Assembly: GCA_013239625.1 (NCBI GenBank)
Contig: MU053881.1
Coordinates: forward strand, 10,530,873 to 10,594,872
Direction of reading: 5' to 3'
Origin: Lama guanicoe
Taxonomy: Eukaryota
Length of the DNA: 64,000 nt
In this document: one piece after another, positions 62,301 to 64,000 of the stretch
Layout of the letters: every line of letters starts with the position of its first letter
How positions within the stretch are numbered: the stretch's first letter is position 1
Notes under the pieces: generated by a model
What the model saw: only the letters and a program-made list of their open reading frames with translations
Told to the model about the DNA's origin: nothing
The model's database searches: none
Made by a program: the position numbers and the translations under genes

Positions 62301-63589
62301 CATTTTTAGACGAGAAAATGCCATTTAAAAATTGTGTCCCTCCCCCCCAAAATTGTGTTCATCCCAGGACTGTTCAAACATTTTCTTATTTTAAAAATCA
62401 GAGGAGTTGTAATAAGTTTACATTTGCCTAGGACTTACTACATACTTTCAAATTGCTGAAATCAGAAATGATGTCCCAACTCTGTTTAACTAACTTCTCT
62501 AAGAGCATTCGCTCAATCTCAGAAATGAGAGAAATATGCTTGAAAGCCGTATGATTCGAGGATGAGGAAGATGCCAGTCTCAAAGCTCCCTAATGCCAAC
62601 AGTTTACAAATTCCCTTTATCCTCCCATGCGAAGCTTACACCCTTCAGACGTTACACACAGATAGCCCAAACATTTGCAAATTCAGCAGTGTTTTTATTG
62701 TATCCTTCCCACTCCCCACTTAATAAAACTTCACAGGCCTGAAGGTTGCTGTGAAGTTAGTCTCAAGACTTTGCTCTTCTTCTGGTAATTTAATCTTCTT
62801 TGCTCGTCTTCATAATTCAATTTTGTCAACCTTTTCTTCAGGGGAATTTAAAATTTACTACCATAACTACTTAATAGGCTGTTTCGTGTGATAAGGGGAT
62901 AAGAAATTTACTTTTGGGGACATGTGCTGACTTCCTCGTGGGTACCGCTAGTCTGCTTACTGCTGACCTCAGGATTCTGTAACTTCCAAATGTTAATGGT
63001 TTCTAAAATGTGAGGAATTCATAACCTTTCACGAAAGGTTCACCTGCGAAGTGTGTCGCAACAGCTCCTTTCCTGTAATAGACGTTACTCGTGGTTTTTT
63101 TTTTTTTGTCTTCTAGTGAATTTAATCCTTGATTTTTGAAATGATCAACTTTTCCCATAAGTCATTTTGAATTAAGATGTAGTAAAATAGAAATATTTTG
63201 CAGCTTGATCTACAACTCTAGTTATTTAGCAGACAGCTGGAGATTATAAAAAATTAATAGATTTATGAATGGATATAGGACATACCTATTTTGCTCTGCA
63301 CATCTCTATGTGTTACGTGTTTACCAGTTGATATGGGGGGGATACACAAATGCACTGGGTACTATATAAAACTAAATGCAGTATGACACAGAGTGATAAA
63401 AGACAACTAAGACATCCCATGGGAATAATAAATTCTTGCCATGGGTATGAGAGAGAAAGGAGACTTTTAATTGGTTCTTGACAATAGAGAGATTTGGTAG
63501 ACAGAGATGGGTGTTGAGGGGGGTGGCATTTTAGAATGAGAACAGCATAGACAAGAATGAAAATAATTTACTGTGGCTCAAGTTTAGAC

Positions 63590-64000
63590 TATCTGTCGCA
63601 TTCATGGTAAGTGATGCTAGTTGAGTAATAAACACCCCTCAAATCTGAAAGGATTCATACAGTAACAGTTCTTTCTTTCTCATGTCACAGTGTTAGGTGG
63701 GTCACCAGAGGATTTCTGCTGCACACTGTCCTTCAGAGAACAAGGCACATTTCCGGTGGCGACTCACCTGTCACTGCCCAGGAGCCTTGGAACCTTTCAG
63801 TAGATTCTTTACATCCAGCTAGCTGAGCTTTTAAGCAGATACAGGGTTACACAGGTGATTGTGTGAGAATTTGGAGAGCTCATGTGTGGAAGCAGTTCAC
63901 ACCACTCCCACTCCCCCTTCCCTGGGCTTGAAACTCAGAAGTGTCCCTTCCCTCAGTGGCAAAGAGGCTGGCTGGTGTTGGGTGCCGCTATGCTGAGGGT
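63590..64000 (-). mobile_element. Old MaLR LTR (MLT1J/K/L-like), runs off the window end
   Basis: AATAAACACCCCTCAAATCT...TTCTTTCTTTCTCATGTCACAGTG...GCTTGAAACTCAG. Confidence 0.5.

Noticed and set aside
1..64000. CRISPR array, operon or other prokaryotic system
   Set aside because: The sequence is mammalian (L1, L2, MIR, MaLR, SINE). I saw no regularly spaced direct-repeat array or gene-dense region.

Overview
AT-rich, repeat-dense mammalian non-coding DNA (intergenic or intronic). Five copies of a tRNA-derived SINE (GGGGAGGGTATAGCTCAGTGG...GGTTCAATCCCCAGTAC) resemble the camelid Vic-1 SINE, so the source is probably a camel, alpaca or vicuna (inference). I recognise no host protein-coding gene. 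The supplied ORFs are L1 ORF2 or Tigger1 transposase remnants, or appear to be chance ORFs in repeats and unique DNA. The main features are a near full-length Tigger1 (33139-35502) nested in an L1 3' end, a MER41-like ERV1 solo LTR with a 4-bp TSD (23609-24143), and a U6 retropseudogene (21732-21835, minus). There are also several MaLR/ERVL LTRs, hAT MITEs, many L1/L2/MIR fragments and microsatellites. Structural oddities include a ~95-bp inversion inside an L2, a SINE with an apparent 3' extension, and several exon-like segments that could belong to unannotated spliced non-coding RNAs. I found no convincing evidence of a novel biological system. Repeat subfamily names come from recalled consensus motifs and need RepeatMasker/Dfam confirmation; boundaries of old repeats are approximate.
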